A stretch of 62,446 nt of DNA, filler included, from Sluysia triapertura (lineage: Eukaryota), in the NCBI GenBank assembly GCA_046118255.1. It is 5 parts of 5 records of this genome, joined end to end, with 100 filler letters (N's around TTAATTAATTAA, not from the genome) between each part and the next. Parts side by side here need not be neighbours in the genome. Positions count along the whole stretch, not along the records: positions 24,706 to 38,478 come from JBJNIA010020625.1; positions 38,579 to 50,665 come from JBJNIA010140837.1; 3 more parts are not named here. One strand, written 5' to 3'. This document shows, piece after piece, positions 26,929 through 38,805 of the stretch; position 1 is the stretch's first letter, and every line of letters starts with the position of its first letter. Below the pieces are notes generated by a model. That model did not search any database. It was not told where the DNA came from and saw only the letters and a program-made list of their open reading frames with translations. A program made the position numbers and the translations under genes.

Positions 26929-27336
26929 CATTTCCATCTTCTCCAAATTTATTTCATTCACAAACTATCAAAACCAATAATTATATTCGAGAAATCCTAA
27001 AAATAATTACCAACAAAAAATTACTTCTTTCTGTTTCTGACTCCGATTCTTCTAGAAGTTTGATTTTAGTTTGCCAAAGTTCACATGGTTACCCAATACC
27101 AGAATTTCAATGGTTTATTAACAATATTCTTTATCACAGTTCACCAGGTGCATTAGCGGATCGTCAACAAGCTTTATACGAATCGCACATACAAATTAAT
27201 TATCAGAATTTAACTGATGGATTAATTATTGAATGCCGTGTCAAAAATGGTGCTTTTAATATAAATAAAAAATCATTCTTTAATTCTGATGATAACAGGA
27301 ATTATTTATCTGAATTTGTAACAATTATGTTTGAAA
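26929..27336 (+). CDS. Internal exon encoding an immunoglobulin C2-type (CD80/nephrin-like) domain of an unidentified cell-surface protein
   Basis: LILVCQSSHGYPIPEFQWF...LIIECRVKN has the Ig Cys, G-x-P-x-P, Trp and C-x-V-x-N pattern. The acceptor TTTAG| and donor |GTTAGT are both phase 1, typical of Ig exons. Confidence 0.7.
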
Positions 27337-28175
27337 GTTAGTTGCTTATTAAATTTCAATACTATTTTAATAATATCTTATTTTAATAATAATAATAATA
27401 ATAATAATTTATTCATTGTCTAATTTTTCCCTTAATCAATTTCCAAAATAAGATATCATTTAATTTACTTTTATATAAAGGACAGTTAATAAAAGTAGTT
27501 AGAAGATTAATTATACATTACTATATTTAGTATAAAACGATATATACAGAAAAATTCATAAGAAAATATTATTAATAACAATAATAACCGTAAAAAGATT
27601 TAAATTAGCATTAACTTGTGTTCATTCAATTTGTGTTAAAGAAATTCAATTTTGAAATAGTTGTAGTACGAGATACACAATCTTATAATCTAAATACAAG
27701 ATTTAACAAATTGTTTAATATGTTTAGATATGTATTTCTGTGTAAATAAGTTTTAATATTTATATTAAACATTTTATTCCAAACAAAATAGTAATAATGA
27801 TAATAGTAATTTATTAGTATATTCTTTATAGTTTGATAATTCCTAATCTCTCACCATAATAAATTACTTCATTGACATGGTTCAATATCATATTTACTTA
27901 ATATATACTCTAAGAATTTTATTTCACTTTTGGAATATACATATTTCTTTTATTTATGATTTCAAAAAAAATGAAAATATTTCAAGAAAATGTGCGAATA
28001 AAACGATTTAAAATAAGTGAGTCCACTTACTAACTTAATGGCCAACCGTTGGATTTGTAATCAATGGTCAAAAAATTTATTTTAATTTAATTCAATAGTT
28101 TATTAATTCAATATTTTATAAGGAGGTTTTTTGAAGATTTTAGGTAATTTAAGTAATTTAAATAATATAATTTGA

Positions 28176-28291
28176 TGATTTTAATACGATTCGATTATAC
28201 GAACCTTTTAGTATGATTTTAATAAGATTCGATTATACGAACCTGTGGATTAATTTTTGATTTTGATTAGATTCTTTATATAGAACCTGTG
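28176..28291 (+). repeat. ~38-bp tandem repeat (GATTTTAATA.GATTCGATTATACGAACCT) x3
   Basis: Two near-identical units and one degenerate unit. Confidence 0.75.
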
Positions 28292-29241
28292 TCTAATTTA
28301 GGTATTTTAATGAATAATTATGACGAAAAAACTTTATATTTTTCACAGATATACAATAGATTAGGTACAAAATTCTAATATATATAAAAAATTCAAATAT
28401 AATATTTATAATATGTTGAAATTGATTATTTTTATGAATAATCTAAAGTAATAAATTTTGACAGTTATTTTAATCTGCTATCAGGAAACGATAGCTAAAA
28501 TTTAAATTGATTTTAAGTAAGATTTTAGATACGCAATATGAAAAATTGCAATAAACTTAAAATGAAAAACTAACGAATATAAAAAATATAGAACGATCCA
28601 AAGTAATTGTAGAATGCCATAGAACTTTAATCTTTCCAGATAAAAATCACTGTTGAAGTGCGAGGATTGGTAAAGAACTGCTGTGGAAAACTTTTAAAAA
28701 TATTTGTAAAACGAAATTTTGTGCAAAAACTTTGTGTGAGATGTCTAAAATAGTTAAAGCTTTTATATGTGATTGAATGACCTTGATGATGTTTTAAACA
28801 ATAAAATTTTTTAAACAATTAAAACAATAAATTTAGTTATAATAATAAAATAATGATTTTAATGATTTTCAAAATAATAATTTAATAAAATAAAATAATA
28901 TCAACAATGATTTCCAAAATAATTAAAACAAAATAATATCAACCTGATTAATTTTCCAGAACGACAAATATATTCCTTTGAATAAATTTAATACATAGAT
29001 CCTTTTGAATCATATTTTATTAAAATTACAAATAAATCCTTTATAAATTCCAAATATTATTAAATCTAATTATTTTAATATATTTACATTTAGTGTCTAA
29101 TCATTTTACTATATATTGATTATTATTTTAATATATATTGATTATTTACATTTAGTGCTTGATATAAACTTTGATACTAGACCTTGATATAAACAAACTT
29201 TAATACTTTACATTTACCTTCCCCTAATAGAAAATTAGTCT

Positions 29242-30993
29242 CTAATTTAAGTTTTTCTTACGGAACAAAAGTAATTTATCGTAATCATCATCAAATGTTA
29301 AATACTCGTCGTCGTTCAGGTCAATATAATCTAAGTTGTCAATAATTGAATCAATGTTATCAAAGTTCTCGTCATAGTGTTCATCGGAGTTCTCATCGTA
29401 ATCTTCATCGTCCAGATCGACTGGGGATGAGGTTGTATATTTTGCCTTCTTATTTTGTGATGAATATGTATTTGGTGATGTGGATCGCCATGCTGTTGTA
29501 GGTTGTTGTTTGATTCTTTCGATACCGTTGCTGATTGATGCTTTTTATTTTGTTGTGCTGATGTTGCTGTCGTTGCTTGATGGTTATTACTTTTTTGTGA
29601 TGAAGTCACTGTTGAATGATGTTCTTTACCTTTTTGTAATGAAGTCTCTGTTGTCGATTGATGTTCTTTACCTTTTCGTGATGAAGTTGCTGTTGTATGA
29701 TGTTCAATATGTATTGTATTTTTATTATGTATGTTGCTTGCATAAGGTATGGGAGTGCTAAAATTATATTTATTGCAACTGTTACTGAGGCAGCACCCTC
29801 TATGTATTAAAGACAAGTCAGCAGATATAGAAGGTGAAGAACAGCGAGATTCATGTTTGTCATTATTACTGTCTGTTTTTGTATCAGAAGTAGTAGTATA
29901 AGATAAAGAATTAGTGTTTTCACGATTCTGCTGTAAAAACATTGGGTCCCTTTTTATTAAAAAATCATATAAATTTATAAATTCCTTGACCAACTGTTGG
30001 CAGGAAGTTTTTGGTGGGAACGGGTATAGTAAGTTTAACACCCTTCTAGTTTTTGTAATAGGATTTAGGGAGGTTTGGGATATTAAATTTGTGCAGTTTA
30101 GATTAATTACCCCCTTTAACCAACCATAGGGAACCTGTAGGGTTTTAATTATCAGTTCTGGGTACGTTGACACCAGAATTTTATCATACAATGCCGCTAG
30201 CCAGAAGTCCCTTATATCTGAAAGGTCCTTGGCGTTATTGAGATGGTCCTCTTTCAGACCATGATCCACTGTCAAAAAATTTTTTATACGAATGCGGGGT
30301 CTTAAAAGCGCCTCTCCATGGAATAACTTATGATAAGGCATAAAACACATTCGGAGAATGTGGTGCCTATCATCAAAACCTAATGCAAATTGGGCGGAAA
30401 TGAATATGAAGTCCCACACACGACATTGGTGTTTCTGAGTCGTGTGAATAAGTCAAACCCTCCTGTCAGTTATACATATTCATCTTATCCTCATGATATA
30501 TTAGCGGACGTTTTTTAAAGTCAATAGCTTTCTCTGTTTGGGCCAGGAGTACCGCAAAAGTTGCAGGTAACTCTGTTGTCTCTATGCGGATGGTGCAAGA
30601 TGAGCTGTGGTTAGATATTAATACCGAAGAGTATCCCTGTATTCTTGATAACAATGGGATGCCTTCTATGGTGATTATTACCTTAAGTGTGCCCCTAGCG
30701 GCCGCAATAATTATTGGTCTGTTATTAAATGAAAATCCCCTTAACTGATTTACGCATACGTGCGATTGAATATGGTCTATTTTAAATAAATGTGTGATGA
30801 ACTTATCGTCCAATTCACACTTTAAAATGTTAGGGGTAGTATTCGAATTTATAAAGTGACAGGGTGTTTGGTTGTTACCGCAGAATCGGTCAATCCCGTT
30901 GTAGAAAGATATAATATTATTTATGACGCGTGCTTGTGTTCTTTGTTGTGACGTATTGTTATTTGGTGGTATGTTGGTATTTGTTTGAGACAA
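29242..30993 (-). pseudogene. Frameshifted intronless gene: unknown N-terminal domain, DEDDh (REXO4/ISG20-like) exonuclease-fold domain lacking catalytic residues, low-complexity linker, acidic tail
   Basis: RPRIRIKNFLTVDHGLKEDHLNNAKDLSDIRDFWLAALYDKILV aligns by eye with the REXO4-type KPxxxVxDYRTxVSGIxxEHLxxxxxxxxVQxxVxxLLxGRILVGH. The ExoI DxE position reads SAQ. ORFs 30466-30993 and 29331-30419, plus the acidic frame ending at 29242, are collinear with the paralogue at 35750-36999. Confidence 0.6.
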
Positions 30994-31127
30994 TCGTTAT
31001 TTATTCTGAATAATAGTAAAGGTGTGAAGACTTTTAAGGATCGAAAGTATTTTATCTTTAGTTTTTTATGTATTGATTTATTTAAATACCCTATATATTT
31101 TATGAAAATAAAAAAAAATTAAATGAC

Positions 31128-31592
31128 CTAAAAAGAATAATTATATTTCTTTTTTAAGAAAGGATTTTCCACTTTACTTTTTTCGTACAATCCTACCTTC
31201 TTATACAGACGACGTATCTGTCTACGACGTCGATTATGCCTCTGGGATTTGTTCAAACCAGGAGGATAATTTGAAGGAGGTATTGGTATTTTATGTGTAT
31301 TAGCCTTTTTTCTTAACATTGGGTTATGTATGATAACCTCCTGCACCTGAATATGCTGATCGTGCAGATAATGAGGTATCCTCTCTAATAAGTATGAATA
31401 TTGGAATAATCCTTTATAATATGTGTGAACTTCTACTGATGTTCTACACATTGGGCAACTCATAAAATCTGTGGTAGTGTGATGGAAAAGAGTAAGAATG
31501 CACTTAAAATGAAATTTGTGTGAGCATGGGTATGTATTTATGTAGTGTTTGTGAATTGAGTGCTGACAAATTGGGCAGCGATGAAAATACAT
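31128..31592 (-). CDS. RING-H2 (C3H2C3) zinc-finger protein with a basic C-terminus, intronless
   Basis: CPIC...PCSHKFHFKC...CPMCR, followed by RHNRRRRQIRRLYKK (NLS-like). Intact ATG-to-stop ORF of 154 aa. Confidence 0.8.
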   Translation of the reverse strand: MYFHRCPICQHSIHKHYINTYPCSHKFHFKCILTLFHHTTTDFMSCPMCRTSVEVHTYYKGLFQYSYLLERIPHYLHDQHIQVQEVIIHNPMLRKKANTHKIPIPPSNYPPGLNKSQRHNRRRRQIRRLYKKVGLYEKSKVENPFLKKKYNYSF

Positions 31593-33783
31593 ATTCTAAA
31601 AATGAAAAATTACGTATTCTAAAAAATGAAAAACAAAAATATAATATAGCAATAATATTTTAGTTAATTAATTAATTAGCAAAGTGATATAGTTATAAAC
31701 CTAGTAATGTACAATGCTATAGTGCTATGAAAAGTAGTAAACAGTATTAATAAGTTAGGTGACCTGCTGGACAGAACATAACCGTCGACAGCTATCACTC
31801 GTAACTTTTTATATATGCTGTTTAATCCTATACTTTAATTCTATGTCACTACTCTTAAAAAGGTTTGCAAACATTTCTTAAGAAAGTTATGTATGAAGAT
31901 TACTAACTAATTAAAATAGTTATCGTTAGTTATCAAACTAACAATATTAAAAAGAAATAGTCGGTGCTGTTGAAAATTGAAAATTCTCCAAAAATGTATT
32001 AATTTCTCTTTTCCAAGATAGATTAGCTTATCCAAAGATTTGAAGAGCAACTTTTGCGTGTAAGATTTGAAAATAACTTGTGTATTACTTTTGAAACATG
32101 TGACTTTATTTATATATTTCTTAATGACCTTGACTTATAAATTTTAAGTATTTAAAGAAAAGAAAATTTTGTTTAGAATTTATTATTTTATTTCTTAATA
32201 ATTCTTTTTAATAACGATAATAATAACAAAAAATCGATTATAATTTTATAAATTATTTTTAGGTACAATATATTTGCACACATTGACATTCATTAACATA
32301 ATGTATTTTATTATTAAATTTATTTTTAGGTACACACAACATAAAATTATTAAATTTGTTTTTAGAAACGTAAGATGTTTGTTTAAGTTATTATTTTTGA
32401 CATTGACGATACAATAATAATTAAACAATAAGTTGTAAATATCCCAATTCAAACAAATATAAACATTTATATAAACGTCCACAATAAAAACAAATTTTGT
32501 ATAAACGTTCTTACACTTGTCATAAAATAAAAGGAATGATACAACAATTATTGTTATCGATTTCAGTTCAATATTATAATAATATTAAATTAATTATTAT
32601 CAATTTTATTAAATCGATACGTGTATAAAGTTTTTAAATTAATTTATGTTATTTTTGATTGTCTAAAATTTGTCTAAATATAACTAAATGAAAAGAGTTA
32701 AGTATAAATTTAACTATCTTTATTAAAATGATAATAATAATAACTAAATTAATTTTAAACTAACGACGATGATATAAAGAATAATCAGAAATTTTTCTGA
32801 GGAAATATATATAATAATAAATTTGAATTTTATCAAAAGTTTGGAACCAAATTGTAGTGAACTCCAATTCTATACATCACAAACACATTTCATACTCATA
32901 AATTGAATGCTAAACAAGTTACTCAGTTCATTCAAAATATAAACGCAGGCATAATGCATAATTATCATAAGTTATGTTTAGTATTACAATAATTTCTATG
33001 GCTACATAATGATCACTCTCAGCGCAATAATAATTATTAACATTATCATACTAAACTGCGTAATAATTCTTTTTATTATCGTTATCATTATAATTTTTAT
33101 TATTGTCTCAATTGTTTTCCTCTTTTATCCTCTCCTTTTTGTATGTCTTAGTTTCTTTACTGCATGTGTATGGTATATTTACATTCAACATTTCAATGTC
33201 AAGAGTTATTTAATTTTGTCAATTATCATCAATTATTTTTTAAAGGATATTGATATTATTTGCTATTTTTTGTATGTTAAATGAATTTATTTTTAATTCA
33301 TTATTTGCCAATGCTCAATGATGTGTTTGTTAGAAAGTTACCCGATCCGCATATTAATTCACTATTTATTGTGAGTATTTTTCTAAAAACAATTAAATGT
33401 AAATGTGCTCATTTATATGAGGAAATGAATTAATATGTATGCTATTATGAATAGCTATTAATGTGAATAGCAACTATCTTAACTATTAATAAATATTTTC
33501 AATTTTTATGAAAAAGAATTTGAAAACATTTACAAAAATCTTTCGAAAAGAACCCTTTAGAACGAATCTGAAATTATAAAACAAAATAATAATTAGAAAT
33601 TAATATTACAGATTTTATTTGGTAACAAAATTTTAGTGTAAAATTATACTATAAATGAGCACTTCATGGTTAATTGGCTTCTGCATGATCATAGTATTAA
33701 TACGTCGTTCTATTAGTAATGTATATCAAGTAAAAAAGTAACGAAACAAGTTTATACGATACATTTACATTAAGATTGCATAG

Positions 33784-34026
33784 TTATTTAATGCATTAAA
33801 CTGTTATATAAACGCATCTGATGGGAAAAGATTATTCATAAACATCATTAAATACGAATCTAATTGTTCTAATAACAGAATACAATATTTAACATTGACA
33901 GGTAAGTCAATTTTATGTGATTTAGATAATGATTTATTTGATGAATATGAAAGAACCAATTATATTAATAGTAATGCATCGTATGAAAGTACAAACATGT
34001 CCTATATTTTAATACTGATTGATACA

Positions 34027-34030
<4 letters not shown>
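33784..34030 (+). CDS. Possible CUB-domain-like exon or fragment
   Basis: NCYINASDGKRLFINIIKYESNCSNNRIQYLTLT weakly resembles the CUB pattern C-x-(W/Y)-x-I-x-A-x2-G-x-R-I. A GTAAG donor lies at 33902. Confidence 0.25.

Positions 34031-34058
<28 letters not shown>
34029..34058. repeat. (AT)n microsatellite
   Basis: Direct inspection. Confidence 0.95.
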
Positions 34059-34061
<3 letters not shown>

Positions 34062-35749
34062 ATTCTTATCGTGTTATTTTTGTTTTATAATGTAAAATTA
34101 ATCTTCTTTGGGGTTAAATTGTTAGTGTGAAAAATTTTCTTTGTTTAAAAGGGCCGAAATTGTTTACTAATTCGGTTAATTCTAATAAATTTAAATTAAA
34201 TGATTTAAAAATTTACAAAGTAACTGACTTAATATTTGTTGACATTAATTCTATAAACAAATATTGAATGATATACAGCGATTAAAGTGTTCACAATCAA
34301 AAATATTTTAAAATAACTTGTCCAAAAGTTTTTTTCAAAATTATTCAAAGAAATAATTTAGCTATTCAACACTTATAAAATTCTGTTTTTTTATACTGTT
34401 ATGTCTATACTTGATATACTAATTTATGTCACCAAGTCATTGACTTTAACTTAAACTAAAGTACAACACCTATTTAGCGGTTCACTTTAAATAATAATAA
34501 TAATAATAATAACTGTTTTATTATATTGATTCGTTTTTTACAAATTTTATAATTAAAATATTACATAATATTTTTAAATTACTTAATGTTAAATTATACT
34601 AAATTATAAATTACATAATATTTTTATTAATACTATTCACATATAACCAAATTATGCTTTTACATTATCATTGTGGATTTAAATATAAAGAACTCACTTT
34701 GCTCATTGTTTCCAAGAAATAATTTAAAATCATTGTCCTAATTGTGAATTCTATTTTTGTTATTCATGGCCAGAATGAATATTACAAGTTAGAAATTTAC
34801 GATTTTCCGAATTGAAAGGATCAATTAACCAATACTTAGTCTTTATAGCGAAATCTCGAACAGAATTTTCCTGAATGAAACAACGAATGTTCTTGAATCG
34901 AGTATGAACTACAATGTTCCTCTCGAAGAGAATAAACTTAACGAGAGTTTAACTTTAAAGTTGTTTTTACAATTTTAGAGCTATTTATGTCAGTTAGAAT
35001 AACTAAGATATTCTACGACATAATAAAATTTTCCTTTTTATTACAATATTAATGAAAAATAAAATTTACATTATTAGCTTTTTATTATGATTTTATTATC
35101 TAAATTTATTGCTACTCATTTCTTTTAAATTAAAAAACATTTATAAGTTCCCTATATTCATTAAAATATTTACACCTTTACAATAGAGAGAAATAATACG
35201 ATATTAAAATTTAAAAGCATTATGATAGACAAAAATTATTCTAAATTGAAATATAATAATCATTAAAAATACATTGTAATTTATTAAACTAAATTAATAT
35301 ATTAAATTAATAAACTAAATTTATTAAACTGAATATTAATATTATATTCAGATTGGGCACTATGACAAATTTAAAGATGCGCAAAATTCAAAAGTTAAGT
35401 TAAATATTACGCGGTACCTGACGGTACTAATCTTAAAGTATTAAACTAACGGTAAACGTTAAACTTTTAAAAATTGAAATTGTGTAAACTTGAGAAAATT
35501 ACTATTGTAAATTGTGTGTTAAAATCATTATCTGAAATATTGTTCTGGAAATGACCTTGATGAAATAATTTAGTTAAACAAAATTTAATAATTTACAAAA
35601 ATTAAAATAATAAAATATCTTACATTCAAATAAAATCCGAATTAACATGATAAAAATTTCAATAGAATTAATATCAAAATAATCAATAAATATTAGATAT
35701 TATAAAATACACTATATTCTTAAATACATTCATGACATGCCGGAACAAC

Positions 35750-36999
35750 AAAATTAGTCTCTAATTTTAAAAATATCAAAAAGTCAATAAAATTATTCAC
35801 GCAAAAAATTGTCCATTCTCTAGTTTGGCACTCAGTTAACCATTCTTTCGGGTCTTCGTCTTACTCTTCCGCATCATCTAGATCTACAGAAGGTTCTGTT
35901 CTTTTTTCTTCGTAGTTTCGCCATCAATTTGTCATTATGTGATATGTTCAATTTACTTTTTTGCTTTTGTGTAGTATTGGAGTTGCAAAGTTAAATGGGT
36001 TTTTATTATTTGTGCAGGATATGTTTTGTGTAAGATCTTGTGATGAAAAAGATGATGAAGGTATAAGACTTTCTATTTTAGTATTACTGGTAAAGCTTAC
36101 CGTCTTTCGCACTTTGGATGTTAAATACAGATATCGAGTCCTTAGCGTGATGTTCGCAAGTAAAATATTTATGAGGGAAACTGTATAACAATTGCAAAAC
36201 CCTCCCAGCCCTACTAACAGGACTTAGTGCGAATGAAAATTAAGGTTGATCACATCTAACCAATCATACGGAATCTTAAATCTGGATAGAAATATACCAG
36301 AACTTTGTTATACAAAGAGCCAAGCCAAAAGTTTCTTATATCGTCAATATCTTTGGCGTTTCTTAAATTTTCCTCTTTTAGCCCATGGTCAACAGTCAAA
36401 AAATTCTTAATTTTTGATCATTGGGCGGATTGACTCAGTTGAATGAAATGCTTGATGATAAAGCATTAATCAAATGCTTATTATTTGGTGTCTGTCAAAG
36501 CCCAGAACTAATTGCGCGGATGCGAATATCAAATTAGTTTTTATAACAAAGAGATCTCAAGTGTGTAAGTGAAAGTCACACGTACTTTCCTTTTGTACAA
36601 AAATCTAAATCAGATGTATATAAAAGTGGATGTTTCTTTGTATCTGACTTTTCTCCTGAGCAAATAAGACAGCAAAAGTTGAAGGTAATTCATTTCCATC
36701 TACATAAATTCCGCATTTATTCGAAGCAATTGTGATATACAGAAAAGAAAAGCTCTTTAATTGCACTTGTAATGGAGTAAAATCTATATTCATGGTAATT
36801 CTAAGATTCTCCCTAACCGCTGCTCTTAACCTATTGTTATCGGGTATCTTTTGAGTGTATTGACCACCAATGGTGGTCCTAAGTTACTTATAAGAAAAAT
36901 GTGAGTGTTTTGTGTCGTGTTAAATTTGGAAAATGTGATGTGCGTGTCATTTTGACCACAGAATCGGTAAATACCGTTATAGAATGCGGATATCTTCAT
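35750..36999 (-). pseudogene. Second, more decayed paralogue of the DEDDh-like gene at 29242-30993
   Basis: Collinear matches: FYNGIYRFCG/FYNGIDRFCG, ELPSTFAVLFAQ/ELPATFAVLLAQ, FASAQLVLGFD/FISAQFALGFD, IKNFLTVDHGLKEENLRNAKDIDDIRNFWL, NFATPI/NFSTPI, VDLDD, and the 3' motif AAATTAGTCTCTAATTT. Confidence 0.75.
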
Positions 37000-38578
37000 G
37001 ATTTGACATTTTCTAAATAAAATTATACATTTTATAAGAAAAAAGAAAAGATTATACAACATGGTTTAAAAGAAAAAATGTATATAAAATGATTTAATCG
37101 TTAGTTTATTTAATATTCTTCTTAATTTAATTATGAGATAGCTTATATAATTTAGGAATACTTTCTGTCTTATTGTAATAACAGGTTAAAATACGTAGGA
37201 TCCCAATTAAATAGGATCTTCATAAATGAATTTTAATTTTAAACTAACAAAATACGAATAATTTTGAATTTGTAACTATGTAATTTTAATACTGTCGTAC
37301 GAATTAATTTAATCAACCACGAAAACAATTTAATAACTTATATTAAGACAAATTATACCAAACTTTTAAAATTACATATAATAAGGATATATAAATTTTT
37401 CAAAAATTAAGAACTTTGAAGTAATTAATATTTAGATAGAAATTCAATTTTGGATTAATTTTACTTCAACCCTTTAAACTTAACTAAATGAAAGGATTTT
37501 AAGTGAAAATTTACATCAACTTAAAGTGAATTAACTAACGGATTATTTATGTCAGCACAGAGGATTATTTGTTTCCACTGAAAATTCTAGATATTTGTTC
37601 TCGCTACCACAATAAAAATTTTATGTTGTGTTATTATATTATGTGAATTTTTATGAAATGTTGCGTATTTATATATGTTTTAGGTCAAGGCCATTATATT
37701 TGATTTGTTTTAAACAAAGTCAAAGTAATCTGTTTTGTTATTAAAATAATCGGTTTGAATGAATTAAATTAATGTTTAAATTAAAAAAATTATTGATTAA
37801 AACAAAAATACACACAATAAATCAATAGTTTACAAAAATAAAATTAATATATTAATTATAAAAGTAGAATTGTAGTTAAAAAATAAATAATGGAATTGTA
37901 TGTAAAATTAGTTATATAATATTGTATATAATATTATTATATGTAATAATAATAATGTATGTAATATTAGTTATAAAAATAGAAGTCTATAATATGTTTG
38001 TTGACAGAGAAATAAAATAATGTCTTTATGAAACGAGTGGAGTGTTGAAAACAAACCAAAATAAAGTTTCACCAAATACTGAAATAATTATATACGATTC
38101 GTAAAAGTAAAATATTGATGTGGTTTTATAGTCTTATCATAATTGATTTGTAACATAATATACATTTGTAAATATATTCTGCAAAATTTAAAACTATCTA
38201 AATACTTAAAGATTATGTTTTGAATTAATTTAAAATAAGTTTTAATATAGTTAATATAAATTCAAAATTTAGTAACCAGTTTTAAATTGAAATTAAATAA
38301 ATAATCATTTTAAGTTAAAACTATGTTAAACTGAGATTGAATAAAACTTAATTAAAAATTAGTAACATTATTCTCGAATAAAATTAACTTAAACTAAAGA
38401 TTTGTTGGGATTGCCCAACTTTGGATTAAGAGACGAGTAAAAGACATAGAATTACAAATGAAGGAAGAATTAATGAGANNNNNNNNNNNNNNNNNNNNNN
38501 NNNNNNNNNNNNNNNNNNNNNNTTAATTAATTAANNNNNNNNNNNNNNNNNNNNNNNNNNNNNNNNNNNNNNNNNNNN

Positions 38579-38805
38579 ATTTGACACATAAAATGGCTTT
38601 CAAAGTTTCAACACTTAATTTTGATTTTTCTGATGTCCACACTTGATTTACTGTAAAAAAACGCAAAACAAATTGAAGGATTCTTAGAACGCAAAACAAT
38701 GATTTTCATAAATAAAAAATTTAACTTAATTCCAAAGTCGGAACTTTTGAAAATCGTCACGGGACGCGGGACAAATTGGGAAAAGCGGGACGTCTGGTCA
38801 CCTTA
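38579..38805 (+). mobile_element. Terminus of a hAT-Tip100-like MITE; the other end is in the gap
   Basis: Ends CGGGACGTCTGGTCACCTTA (reverse complement TAAGGTGACCAGACGTCCCG) with repeated CGGGAC subterminal motifs, matching Tip100-type TAGGGTGACCAGA ends. Confidence 0.65.
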
